NCBI RefSeq assembly: GCF_006345805.1
Contig: NC_042997.1
Location: 56,978,001-57,042,000, forward strand
DNA: 64,000 nucleotides
From: Octopus sinensis
Taxonomy: Eukaryota
Direction: 5' to 3'
Under the pieces are notes generated by a model, which saw nothing but the letters and a program-made list of their open reading frames with translations, had not been told where the DNA came from and searched no databases. This document shows positions 1 to 10,634 of this stretch, one piece after another (positions within the stretch are counted from its first letter, which is position 1; each line of letters begins with the position of its first letter). The translations under genes were made by a program, and so were the position numbers.

Positions 1-324
1 CAAAATACACATACAGTTTGGTTCTCACTTGTGTGTTATGATAAACTGATAATTGCAATTAACTATGGGTTTTCATACATCCTTCAAGGGTTTTTTAAAA
101 ACATATAATAAAAAGAAAATACAAGGGAGTTGACTTCAATAATATTAGACCTATCAAGAATTTTGGAAAAGTAAGATAATGCAATTTAAGAGCAGGCCTG
201 TCTTTAAAGCCAACTGATAAAAACAAGATATTCAGACCTTATTAGATTTGGACAAAATATATATAGCTCAGCTAACAACACTTAAGTATCTATAGAAATT
301 GAATGAAAGTAATGATGTTAAAAT

Positions 325-730
325 AATAATGAATTTATTATATACAGTGCTCAGGTGCACTACAACTCATCAGAAAAAGTAACCAAAGCTACATGAACAG
401 TACGTAAAATATGCACAGGAAGTGAATAGTGAAAAAGTCTTGGAAAAATAAGGAAGAAAGGGGGTGGGTGGTAGTATCAGGTTTACTGTTGGTGAATTTC
501 AGAAAGCATGGAAACTTTGAAGGATGTAGTGTTTCAACAGCTAACAACTGATGGAGGTAATTTATTCCATGCTCCAGCTATTCTGAGTGAAAAAAATGTT
601 TCTGAAAGTCATAGGTACTGTATTATTTTTTTGATTTTGTAAGCATGTCCATGAGTGTTATAGGCATATGGAATTCATAAAGGTGCCCAAAGTTGTTGTT
701 GGAAAGAAGGTGAATAATCTTGTGTGTTTA
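325..730 (-). mobile_element. Degraded CR1-clade LINE 3' end
   Basis: tatacagtgctcaggtgcac terminus and downstream sequence homologous to the 3' end of the CR1 at 27.4-28.8 kb. Confidence 0.75.
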
Positions 731-1399
731 CCAACATTAGACCAGAAGGGAGCATTCTGTATACTAAATACACATACAAGAGGGTCTCACGAAGGTAATA
801 TAGGGATTTGAAAAACTTCAGTTCAGATTTTCCATACAATTGGACAAAGAATATTTAAAATATACAATAAGAAAAAGAAAAAACCAAGAGACAACTCCCA
901 GTTGATTTTAAAGACCCGTTCCTACCTGCTTTATCTTTATTACTCCCAAAATTCTATTGGCTGATATTATTGATATTACTTTCTTTTTGTTTAGATTTTA
1001 AAGACCTCTAGATGGATTTTTTGTTTCTTAATTGCATGGATAATTCAGTTGACCAGAGATTTTCATTTCTATCACATACACCATATTTCCTTATACATAA
1101 GACATTTTTTTTCCAGTAGAATATCTCTCTAGAAATCCCTTGTATCTTATTAAAATGTTAGGTTTGAGAACTGGACTCAGTTTTCACTAGAATCCTAGTT
1201 TTGTAGATGTAAGTTTTCAATTACCATTCACATGTAATAAATATATCCCAATATCAATGTTGTAATATATTAATTATAACCTGTAAGAAGTTTACAAGAA
1301 TTTACTAGCAACAGTAATTGAATGCCATTTGTTTTGTTGGGCTTATGGTGAATTTACAATAATGATGATCCTTGTGCCATTTGTTAACAGGCAGAAATA

Positions 1400-3050
1400 C
1401 CCTCGAAATAGATGTCATCTGTTGCCAGTCAGTTTAATTCATCAGCTGATAGTACTGATCTATGACATTACATGATAGCAAGCAGAGAACACTAACATGT
1501 ATAATTGATTACAAGCTATGATTTGTTGAATATATAAAAAACATAGCAATTGGATAGTTGGGTGACGGTATCGACTCCCACCAGATGAAAAGAAAAAAAC
1601 AATTTGTGAAAAGAGAAAACAGGAAACATTAAAAAAAAACACAGGAACAGAAAAATGTGAACTTCATCATAAACAAAATTCCAGCAACTAGAGGAAGACA
1701 TAAAATTATGGAGTATACAGTCTCAACAAAGATGATAATGTGTGAGACAAGATTGGCCAAAGAGGGACAGATGAGTTTGCTGGATGTTCATTTTGGTGCT
1801 ACCTTTTTATGAAGAGGTTTGTTGTATGCATGAGAATGAGGACCTGAATTACAGAGAAGCTACTTGAAGAGTATGAACAAATAATCCTCAAGTTTTATAA
1901 GTAATGTAAACAGGATGTAAACAAAATTCCAAATAGACCAAATTGGCAATATGGATCATCATCGTTTAACGTCCATTTTCCATGCTAGCATGGGTTGGAC
2001 GGTTCAACCGGGGTTTGGGAAGCCAGGAGGCTGTACCAGGCACCAGTCTGATCTGGCAGTGTTTCTACAGCTGGATGCCCTTCCTAATGCCAACCACTCC
2101 GTGAGTGTAGTGGGTGCTTTTTACGTGCCACCTGCACAGGTGCCAGACGAGGCTGGCAAACGGCCACGATCGGATGGTGCTTTTTACGTGCCACCGGCAT
2201 GGGGGCCAGACGAGGCTGGCAATGGCCACAATCAATGGGTGCTTTTTACGTGCCACCGGCACGGAGGCCAGTCGGGGCGGTGCTGGCAATGGCCACATTC
2301 GGATGGTTCTCTTATGTGCCACCGGCACTGGTATCACAGCTACAATTTCCATTGATGTTGAACAATGAAGTGGCATTAACATTTGATGTGCTGTCAAATA
2401 AAACTGTTGAAAATGAAAGTGCAAAAACAGTGACTATAAAAAACATGCATTTGAAAGACCTACACTGTTGGAAAGACCCTGTATAGTAGGCTTGTTAGAA
2501 AAACAACACAAAGCTCCTACCTTTTCTATCTTTAAATAAAAACAGTGTCCAAAGAAATAATTTTTCTATTGCTTCTGTTCATTACACAGGATGCATTGAT
2601 GAAGTCAGAGTGAAGCTGTAGTTGTATTCAGAGTATCCAAGTGGTTTGTTGAAGAAACCAGCATTACTGGTGTGGAATCAATTTCAAGCTCACAAAACTG
2701 CAGGAACAAGGACAAAAGAAGTTGAGCAACTAAACAAGTAGTTACCCCTCGCAGTTTAATGTTGCAGTTATGGCCACTAGAGGCTTCAGTCAATAAGTCA
2801 GGCAAATATTTTAGCAAACCTTTCAAATGAAAGGAAATTAGAACAAATGGATAATTGCTGGGAATTTAGTAACCTCAACAGAACTTTTAAAGTAACCTAC
2901 TGTTCCATGTATATGTCAGTGGGTGAAACCATCTTGGATAATTGTGAGAGTAGAATTAATGACCAAAATATTTTTTGAAATGTGGAATTCATACTGCAAT
3001 GGATTGCAGCACAGATAAACTTCTCTATGAAAGTAACAATGACCAAGAAA
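1400..3050 (+). mobile_element. Degraded pogo/Tigger-like DDE transposase remnant, split by an RTE tail
   Basis: QIGNMD (ending 1956) continues as EVALTFDVLSNKTVENESAKTVTIK (from about 2367), resembling the pogo GNMDETPLTFD motif. The later LQLWPLEASVNK resembles QPLDVSINK. Confidence 0.65.
1957..2345 (-). mobile_element. 5'-truncated RTE LINE 3' UTR copy with (GAT)n tail
   Basis: Same catcatcgtttaacgtcc...gctagcatgggttgga sequence that is contiguous with the RTE ORF end at 24.7-25.0 kb. Confidence 0.85.
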
Positions 3051-4430
3051 CAGTTAGCAGTTGTGATATTAGTCTAAATAACAGCAATGTTGTTGGAATG
3101 TTATTTTTTGGCTATTTGTTTTGAGCAATCCTAAGGCACATGCATAAGTAGTCAGCTAAACAACTAGCATTGATTCACAGATCCCTACTGCTGTCTAGTT
3201 GAGAACCATATGGCATATTCTGGAAAGCAGAATGTGCCATAACCTATCACCAATCTAGGCTCCCACTCTTTTTTTTTACAAACAATTGTTTGTAATAAAG
3301 AGTGGGAATCAGGATAGGTTATACTCTTTACTTCAAGTCAACCCTGATCCAGACCTATAAAAGATCTCAGCATTTCAGCTGAGAATTTCCATTGTTTAAG
3401 ATGGCAGGCTGGGATTTGTGGGGGAATTGACTGCTATGTAAATGATAGTGGTACAGCAGTGATGTAAATACCTTTACTGCTCTACTGAGTTCCTTTGACT
3501 TATCCTTTGTGTTCCATAGCCCACTCTATTAAAAACATTCAGAATATCAACATTTTGAATTTTATTAGAAGTTGACAAAATTCAAAGTAGAAAGTGACTA
3601 ATTTATAGAATTCATTCAAAAATGTGTATGATTAAGAAGTTTGATTTACAACTGTGAAATTCTGGGTTCAATCTTCAACCCTACTGTGTGACTATGGTGT
3701 CTTCTATCATAACTTCAGTCAACAAAAGCTTTGTGAGTGAAATTTAGTTGACAAAAACTGAAAGCCAGTTGATATACTAATAGTTCACAAGTCTGGTAAC
3801 CTATTTAATAAATAGGTTATCAGGTGTCTTATTTCATGTTTTTGCTTCAAGTTATATTCATGGAACTGCAAGATGTCAATGACTGTGACACTTAACTTTT
3901 TTAAAATTATTCATTTCACCTTGTTGTAAATAGGTTCTGAGTCCCCCATAATGTGCGGGGGGGGGGGACCACATGGACATATCAAGAGGTAAAGTATGGA
4001 AGATTTTAATCGTTATGCATAATAATTTACTGAACTGTGAAGTAATTTCCAAAATGTGGTACCAGTGTGTGGTAGTGAATACAGAAACATTAAAGTATTG
4101 AAGGAAATACTTCATGGGACTTGTCCTACTTTTGTGTCCTGAGTTCAAATCCTACCCCAACCAGCTAGGGTTGTTGACTTAATTTTTTGCTTGACTTATA
4201 CACTACCACCTAGTCTTTGAGTATCTTTTGCAGAGTCTACTCTGTTTCAAGCATTCAAGCCATGTCTCCAGTCTAATAATACCTTTCTCCCTCCCAAGGG
4301 GGAAGCTTGACCATACCTTCTTGAATTGAAATATTTTTTTTTTTTAAATCATTGAAATTTTTCTTAAATTGATATTGGAATTGTTTGCATTGTTATAGGT
4401 TGTACTTTGCTTTTTTATCTTCATTTATAG

Positions 4431-4584
4431 TTCCTGGAGATGGAGGTAGCCAGATTACAGCAAGATTGAATAAAAGTGCATCTCCTATTGTCTACTGTGA
4501 GAAGAAAACTAATTATTATTATACATTATGGCTGGATCTTACTCAAATAACTGTTGCTCAGGATTGTTTTGTTGACAACATGAG
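4431..4584 (+). CDS. PLA2G15: Lysosomal phospholipase A2 (group XV)/LCAT-family, first coding exon visible (exon 2 equivalent)
   Basis: tttatag acceptor, ag|gtagtt donor. Encodes (V)PGDGGSQITARLNK...YCEKKTNYYYTLWLDL...DCFVDNMR, matching the LPLA2/LCAT VPGxxGxQ motif and the lid cysteines. Confidence 0.93.
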
Positions 4585-4916
4585 GTAGTTCATCAGATTT
4601 TAACCTACTTTATTTCATAGATGGTGATGTATTAGTATTTCAGATGCATGCTTTAAAGTATTAATAGTGCACATGCATGCACACACACACACTTTATTTA
4701 AAAGTTCATTTTTGAATCATATGATTACAGGTTCAGTCCCATTGTGTGGCACTTTGGGCAAGTGTCTTCCAATTTAGCCTCAAGCTGATCAAAGTCTTTT
4801 GAGTAGATTTGAGAGACAAAACCTGAAGGAAGTGTTATGTATACTACATTTATGTTACACGATAATAGTAAACAAGCATCACAGTTATACAAGTGGTGTC
4901 TTAAAATGTGTGATTA

Positions 4917-5075
4917 TATAGGCTCAGGAATGGCTGTGTGGTTAAAAGTTTGCTTCTCAACAGTGTGGCTTTGGGTTCAGTCCTATTGTGCAACAACTTG
5001 GGAAATTACAGCCCTGGGCTGGCCAATGCCTTATAAGAGAATTTGGTTGATGGTAACTGAAAGAAACCCATTGTA
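4917..5075 (+). mobile_element. tRNA-derived SINE (family also at about 3620-3775, 4728-4835, 16485-16590, 46052-46110)
   Basis: A-box-like tggctgtgtgg, B-box-like ggttcagtcc, shared body ending ...gaaactgaaagaagccc. Confidence 0.7.
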
Positions 5076-5580
5076 TATATGCATGTGTGTGTGTGTGAAT
5101 TTTACAATCGGTACTGAGCTACAGCTACAAACTGCAAACTATGACACAACTGTTTGTAGCTGAGCCACAAGGGTGATGTTTGTTGATATTTCCTCTTAAC
5201 AAATTATACACTAGTCCTGTACTTTTGAAATTCTTTGGAATAAAAAGACCCTTATTTGAAAAACAGGTATGGTTTGGTAACAGGAAGAGCATCCAGCTGT
5301 AAAAATCTTCCCTCAAATACCTCTTTATGTAACCCATGCTAGTATGGAAAAGCAAGTTAAAGTGCATGAATGGACAATATATCTATTAGGCTAACAGATG
5401 TAAGTAGGTTAGCTACTAAGATACAATTTATTTAGTCATCTCAAAAGAAGGTATGAAGCTTATTGATTGGTTTGAGACTAACTTTCAGTATTCATTTTGT
5501 TCTTTTATGCTTGTAATAGTAGACTGTGAAATTAGATTTGCTTTAAATTAATTATTAGCTAATGGAAATAGTAGTTAAGA

Positions 5581-5905
5581 CACCCGTGCCGGTGACACAT
5601 TAAAAGAAAAGTACCGTCCAAACGTGGCAGATGCCAGCGCCGCCTGACTGACGTCCATGTTGGTGACACGTAAAAGCACCAACTAATCGTGGCTGTTTGC
5701 CAGTCTTCTCTGGCCCCTGTGCCGGTGGCATGTAAAAAGCACCCACTACGCTCACGGAGTGGTTGGCATTAGGAAGGGCATCCAGCTGTAGAAACACTGC
5801 CAGATCAGACTGGTGCCTGGTACAGCCTCCAGGCTTCCCAGACCCCAGTCGAACCGTCCAACCTATGCTAGCATGGAAAATGAATGATAAACGATGATGA
5901 TGATG
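5581..5905 (+). mobile_element. RTE LINE 3' UTR copy
   Basis: Reverse-complement match to 1957-2345, ending aacgatgatgatgatg. Confidence 0.85.
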
Positions 5906-6453
5906 AATTTGGAAATGAAAGTGTTATCTTTTGTGTAATCTTGTTCTAATTTAGTTATGGATTTTATTTTCCATGATTTCAGATGCTATAAAGAATAGCA
6001 CACAAACCCTGTTGGCATGAAACATCTATATCTAGATAGATAGAAAGACTTAGTATATGTCTTTCTACCTACATATATCTTGAAGTGCACAATCTATTAC
6101 ATCATTGTGATAGGCAAAGCACTCTTTAAGCACAAAGAGTGCTTAACTGTAAAATACTAACTCCAACAATTCCTATAAAAATATGAGTCTATAGAATCCT
6201 TCAGTGTGCTAGCATGATAAAAGCATAAACATAATTTAATATATTTAATTTCATACTCAGTATTTGAAGTTAAATGTGAGTGTGGAATAAATATTAGGGA
6301 GATTTATAATTGAGTTTAGTTATATGCACTGTTAAATTGTTAATTGATCTAGAAATCATCATAGCTAGTACTGAAATTTCTTTTACAATGCGCTAGCTGT
6401 GCTGTCAAAATACAGTTTTCTTAATGTTTTTTTTTTTTGTTCTTTCTTTGCAG

Positions 6454-6572
6454 ATTAGTGTATGATAATGTTACTCGAAAAACATTAGATTCCCCAGGTG
6501 TTTCCATTGATATTCCTGGTTTTGGCAGTACTCCAACAGTAGAATATTTGGACCCTGCGAGAGAAAGATTCA
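6454..6572 (+). CDS. PLA2G15: PLA2G15 coding exon (119 bp)
   Basis: Polypyrimidine tract plus cag acceptor, a|gtgagt donor. Encodes LVYDNVTRKTLDSPGVSIDIPGFGSTPTVEYLDP; phase fits both neighbours. Confidence 0.93.
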
Positions 6573-6749
6573 GTGAGTTAATTCATTCCTTTTAATTATT
6601 TAAAAGATTTTTTTCTTAGATTTGATGTTACACATTTGTATTTATTAGTTTCTTTTCATAAATTATTTTCTGATTTTGTATTTTTCAAGTCAACCCTATT
6701 TTTGGTTTATGCTAATTGAATTCTTATAAAGGCTTTTAGAGAAAAGAAA

Positions 6750-7860
6750 CAGGCTTGGAAGGACGGTCGTAGCAGGGAACTGCCAGAAGGGAAGCTAGGA
6801 GATAGGTTTATTTAGCCAGAGGGGAAGCAGATAAGAAAAAAATTGCCAATGTTCTGTGCCGTGAGGACCAAAGACTTGAGGTATTTCGTGTTGCAAGACA
6901 GTGTGTGAGAGAGAATAGTGATGTTGTAGGAGAGAAATGTGTCCGCATGGATGATGGTTCACTTGCACTAAATGAGGCTGCAAAGAGAGAGGTTTGGAGA
7001 CGCCACTATGAAAGGTTGCTCAATAAAGAAAATGAATGGGAGAAAGAGAGTCTGCCGAATGTCGACCCAACAGAGGGACTAGCTATCCGAGTTGACAGTA
7101 CCTTGGTAGATAAAGCAATTAAGAGTATGAAGACAGGGAAAGCCCCTGGCCCATCAGGAATCACTGCAGAGATGCTCAAAATATCTGGCAGTGTTGGCTA
7201 TAGCCTAGTCACCCGTATAATTAACCAGGTGATACACAAAGGAGTCATACCCAATGACTGGTGTAGCAGCACCATAGGCAACTGCTACAAAGATAAAGGT
7301 AACGCTTTACATACAAATAATTACTGAGGTATCAAGTTGTTGGATCAGGTAATGAAGGTCACGGAGAGGGTCATTACCCAACTAATTAGGGAGAGAGTCA
7401 GTTTAGATGAGATGCAGTTTGGGATCATGCCAGGGAAAAGCACCACTGTTGCTATATTTCTGGTAAGACTGCTGCAGGAGAAATACCTAGCCAAAGATAA
7501 ACCTCTGTACCTGGCTTTCGTTGACATGGAGAAAGCCTTTGACAGGGTCCCCCGATACCTTATATGGTGGTCAATGAGGGAACTAGGGATAGATGAATGG
7601 TTAGTGAGAGCTGTGCAAGCCATGTACAGGGACGCTGTCAGTAAGGTGAGGGTTGGCAACGAGTACAGTGAAGAATTCCGAGTAGAGGAAGGGGCCCACC
7701 AAGGTTCAGTCCTCGGCCCCTTACTATGATAAATATATCATAGTCCTCCAGGCAATAACAGGAATTCGAGACAGGATGCCCCTGGGAGCTCCTCTATGTT
7801 GACGACCTTGCTCTAATTGCTGAGTCACTATCAGAACTAGAGAAGTTTCAGGTGTGGAAA
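6750..7860 (+). mobile_element. RTE-clade LINE reverse transcriptase fragment (PLA2G15 intron)
   Basis: ORFs 6905-7327 and 7337-7729 contain KAPGPSGITAEMLK, QFGIMPGKST, AFVDMEKAFDRVP and HQGSVLGPLL; stops and frameshifts are present. Confidence 0.92.
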
Positions 7861-7865
7861 CACCT

Positions 7866-8452
7866 GAAATTATTGTATACAGTGCTCAGGTGCACCACAA
7901 CTTGTCAGAGTATATGCAGTAATGTACAAATGTCTGGAAAGTGAACAATGCATGAGTCAGATACATGCTTGTGTGTGTATGGAGGGGAGAAAATCAGGTG
8001 TAGTGTTGGCAAATCTCAGAAAGCATGAAAGTTTTGAAGGATGCAGTGCTCCGACAACTAACAACTGATGCCGGCAGTTTGTTCCATGCTTCAGCATGAA
8101 AAAATGTTTCCTGAAGTCATGGGAGCTGTGCTGTTTTCTTACTTTGTAAATATGTCCACGGGTGTTAGATGGGTGGAGTTTGAAAAGGTGCTCAGAGTTA
8201 TTGTTTGTACGATGGTTGATAATTTTATGGGTGTCTGCCAAGTCAGCTGCCAGACGTTGGAGTTTCAATGTGTCCATGCCCAGGGAAGTAAGGCGTTCGG
8301 GATATGGCAAATGCCTGATGGAGGGTATTCTTTTGGTTGCACATCGCTGAACAGCTTCCAGACGATTGATATCCTGGGCAAGATAGGGGTTCCAGACCGG
8401 TGATGCAAATTCCAGGTGAGGTCTTACCATAGCTATATCAGAGCAAGTAGAG
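7866..8452 (-). mobile_element. CR1 LINE 3' fragment abutting the RTE fragment
   Basis: ORF 7957-8466 is nearly identical to the C-terminus of ORF 27546-28793. Confidence 0.92.
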
Positions 8453-8791
8453 AATATAATGTACAAGGTTTATGTTTACACCATTGAATTATATGAACAC
8501 CTTTAAATCAATATTAAAAGTTATCGTTTACATACAATATAATTCATTTTCTACTTCAAGGTTCCTAGTAAAGCATAAAATCACACTTGTAAAGAAGTTA
8601 CAAATAGAGTGTATGCCTATAGTAGATAGCAATTGTTAAACTAATTCAGCATTAACTGAACATTTCATCTCTTTCTGGTAAAAAGTTCTATTTCAAACAT
8701 ACAGCAAAATTTTCTAAATTTGCAAAGATTTATTTCAATATAATTAAAACATTTCATTGAAATTTAAGCCAATTTTTATTGTTTCTTTTAG

Positions 8792-8890
8792 CTACCTACT
8801 ACTATTATGTTGTTAAAGAACTTGTCAAACTGGGATTAACACGAAATGTATCTATTAGAGGAGCACCATATGATTTTAGACGTTCTCCAA
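8792..8890 (+). CDS. PLA2G15: PLA2G15 coding exon (99 bp)
   Basis: ttttag acceptor, gtaagt donor. Encodes TYYYYVVKELVKLGLTRNVSIRGAPYDFRRSP (family motif RGAPYDxR). Confidence 0.94.
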
Positions 8891-9364
8891 GTAAGTGTCA
8901 TTCTTTCATTTGTTTTAAGTATCTCTGTTAGAAATACTGGTGCATGATTAGCTTGTAAAATGTATACTAAGATACCTGTTACTTTAAGTGATGTGTGACC
9001 TTAGCTTATGCTACATTAAAAAGAAAGGAATTATCTACAAACTTACAGAAGTAAATATCGCATAACTTTTTTGTCAACTCCCACTTTCAAAATCCAAAGA
9101 AGGCTTGTGTCTGTATGTGTGGAGGTTTATAAGGTTCATAATATTGCTTTGGGTGTTTTAATTAAACCTGTGATAGGCACATCTCCTGCTTAAATAAGTC
9201 CTGATGAATCGGTTTTTAATTAAACCTATTCAATGGGACTCATTTAACTGGGAAATGAAGCTGAGATAAGCTTCAATTTAATAAGTCTGGTTCAAAAGGG
9301 TAAGTTATGAATAACTTACTAATGACTTCTGTTTCTAATTCTAATTTTGTTTTTTAACTTTCAG

Positions 9365-9592
9365 ATGAATTTCAAGACTATTTTAAGAACTTTAAATCAA
9401 TGGTTGAAGAAACTTACAAGATGAACAATGGATCTAGAGTTACAATCATTGCACACAGCATGGGTTGTCCAACTATGCTATATTTTCTCAATTCTCAGAC
9501 ACAGGCTTGGAAAGATAAATATATTAAATCTTTTATCACAATTTCTGGAGTTTGGGGTGGTGCTGCAAAAACCCTTCGAGTCATGGCGTCAG
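9365..9592 (+). CDS. PLA2G15: PLA2G15 coding exon with catalytic serine
   Basis: ttcag acceptor, g|gtaag donor. Encodes the IIAHSMG nucleophile elbow and QAWKDKYI...WGGAAKTLRVMASG. Confidence 0.95.
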
Positions 9593-10089
9593 GTAAGAAA
9601 TAGTGGTTGTCAACATCCCTGAATTTTTTTATAGTATGTTTTAAGAAATAATTATTTAGTAATTATATTGTTTAAGAACAGAAGAAATTTTGATGAAATT
9701 ATTTTTGTTATTATCACATTTTCTCTTATAGAAGATTATCGAAGCAAATATATCTTTCATTTCACTGGGTGACTTATGATAATTGCTGCCTAACATTTCT
9801 TGAATGTTTGCTTGAAATGATCAAAACATTGCAAGGTTTGCCTATTAGCAACATTCAGCGTAGCTTAGATCTACATACAACTCTTTGGCCATGGTTGAAT
9901 AGATAACATATTTACTAATCATCATTGTCATCTCTATTGACATGGATTGAATGATACAGAACTATATTTCTCAGTGTCACTAGTAAAAGCAATGCAAAAG
10001 TTTGTACTATTATCTAAATGATGAATGTTCTTTTCTACTTTTATTAAAAAAATTTTTATTAAAATATTTTTCTTTTTATTCATATTCAG

Positions 10090-10634
10090 GAGATAATCTT
10101 GGTATTTTTATATTGAAAGATAATATTGTTCGGAAATACCAACGTACTGCAACTTCAACAGCTTGGCTTATGCCATACGATACTTTCTGGAAATCTGATG
10201 AAATTCTTGTTTCCCGTCCAGGTCGCAATTATACTGTTAAAGATTACAAACAGTTTTTTGCAGATTTGAATTTTACAATTGGCTATGAAATGCGTAAAGA
10301 CACAGAGAATCTTGTGAAAGACCTCCGTCCACCTGGAGTGGAAGTTCATTGTATACATGGAATCAATGTATCTACACCAGCTAGCTTTGTTTATGGTAAA
10401 GGATTTCCTAATGTTCAACCAACGACAATAAATGGAGATGGAGATGGGACAGTAAATTTACAAAGTTTACATGGTTGTCTTCGATGGTCAAAACAACAAA
10501 AACAGCCTGTTTACCATCATACTTTATCAGGAGCAGACCATTTGAAAATATTGAAAAATCAGACATTAATTGATCTAATTTCCCAAATAGTAACCAAAAA
10601 ATCTAAATTCTCTAAAAACAAATTGAAAAACTAA
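10090..10634 (+). CDS. PLA2G15: PLA2G15 terminal coding exon
   Basis: ttcag acceptor. Contains GDGDGTVN (catalytic Asp) and GADHL (catalytic His), stop taa at 10632-10634. The five exons total 1145 nt; with 1 nt from the missing exon this is 382 codons, so the frame is consistent. Confidence 0.95.

Noticed and set aside
1-4430. First coding exon (signal peptide) of PLA2G15
   Set aside because: No ATG-initiated hydrophobic segment ending in a phase-1 donor was found; it probably lies upstream of the window.
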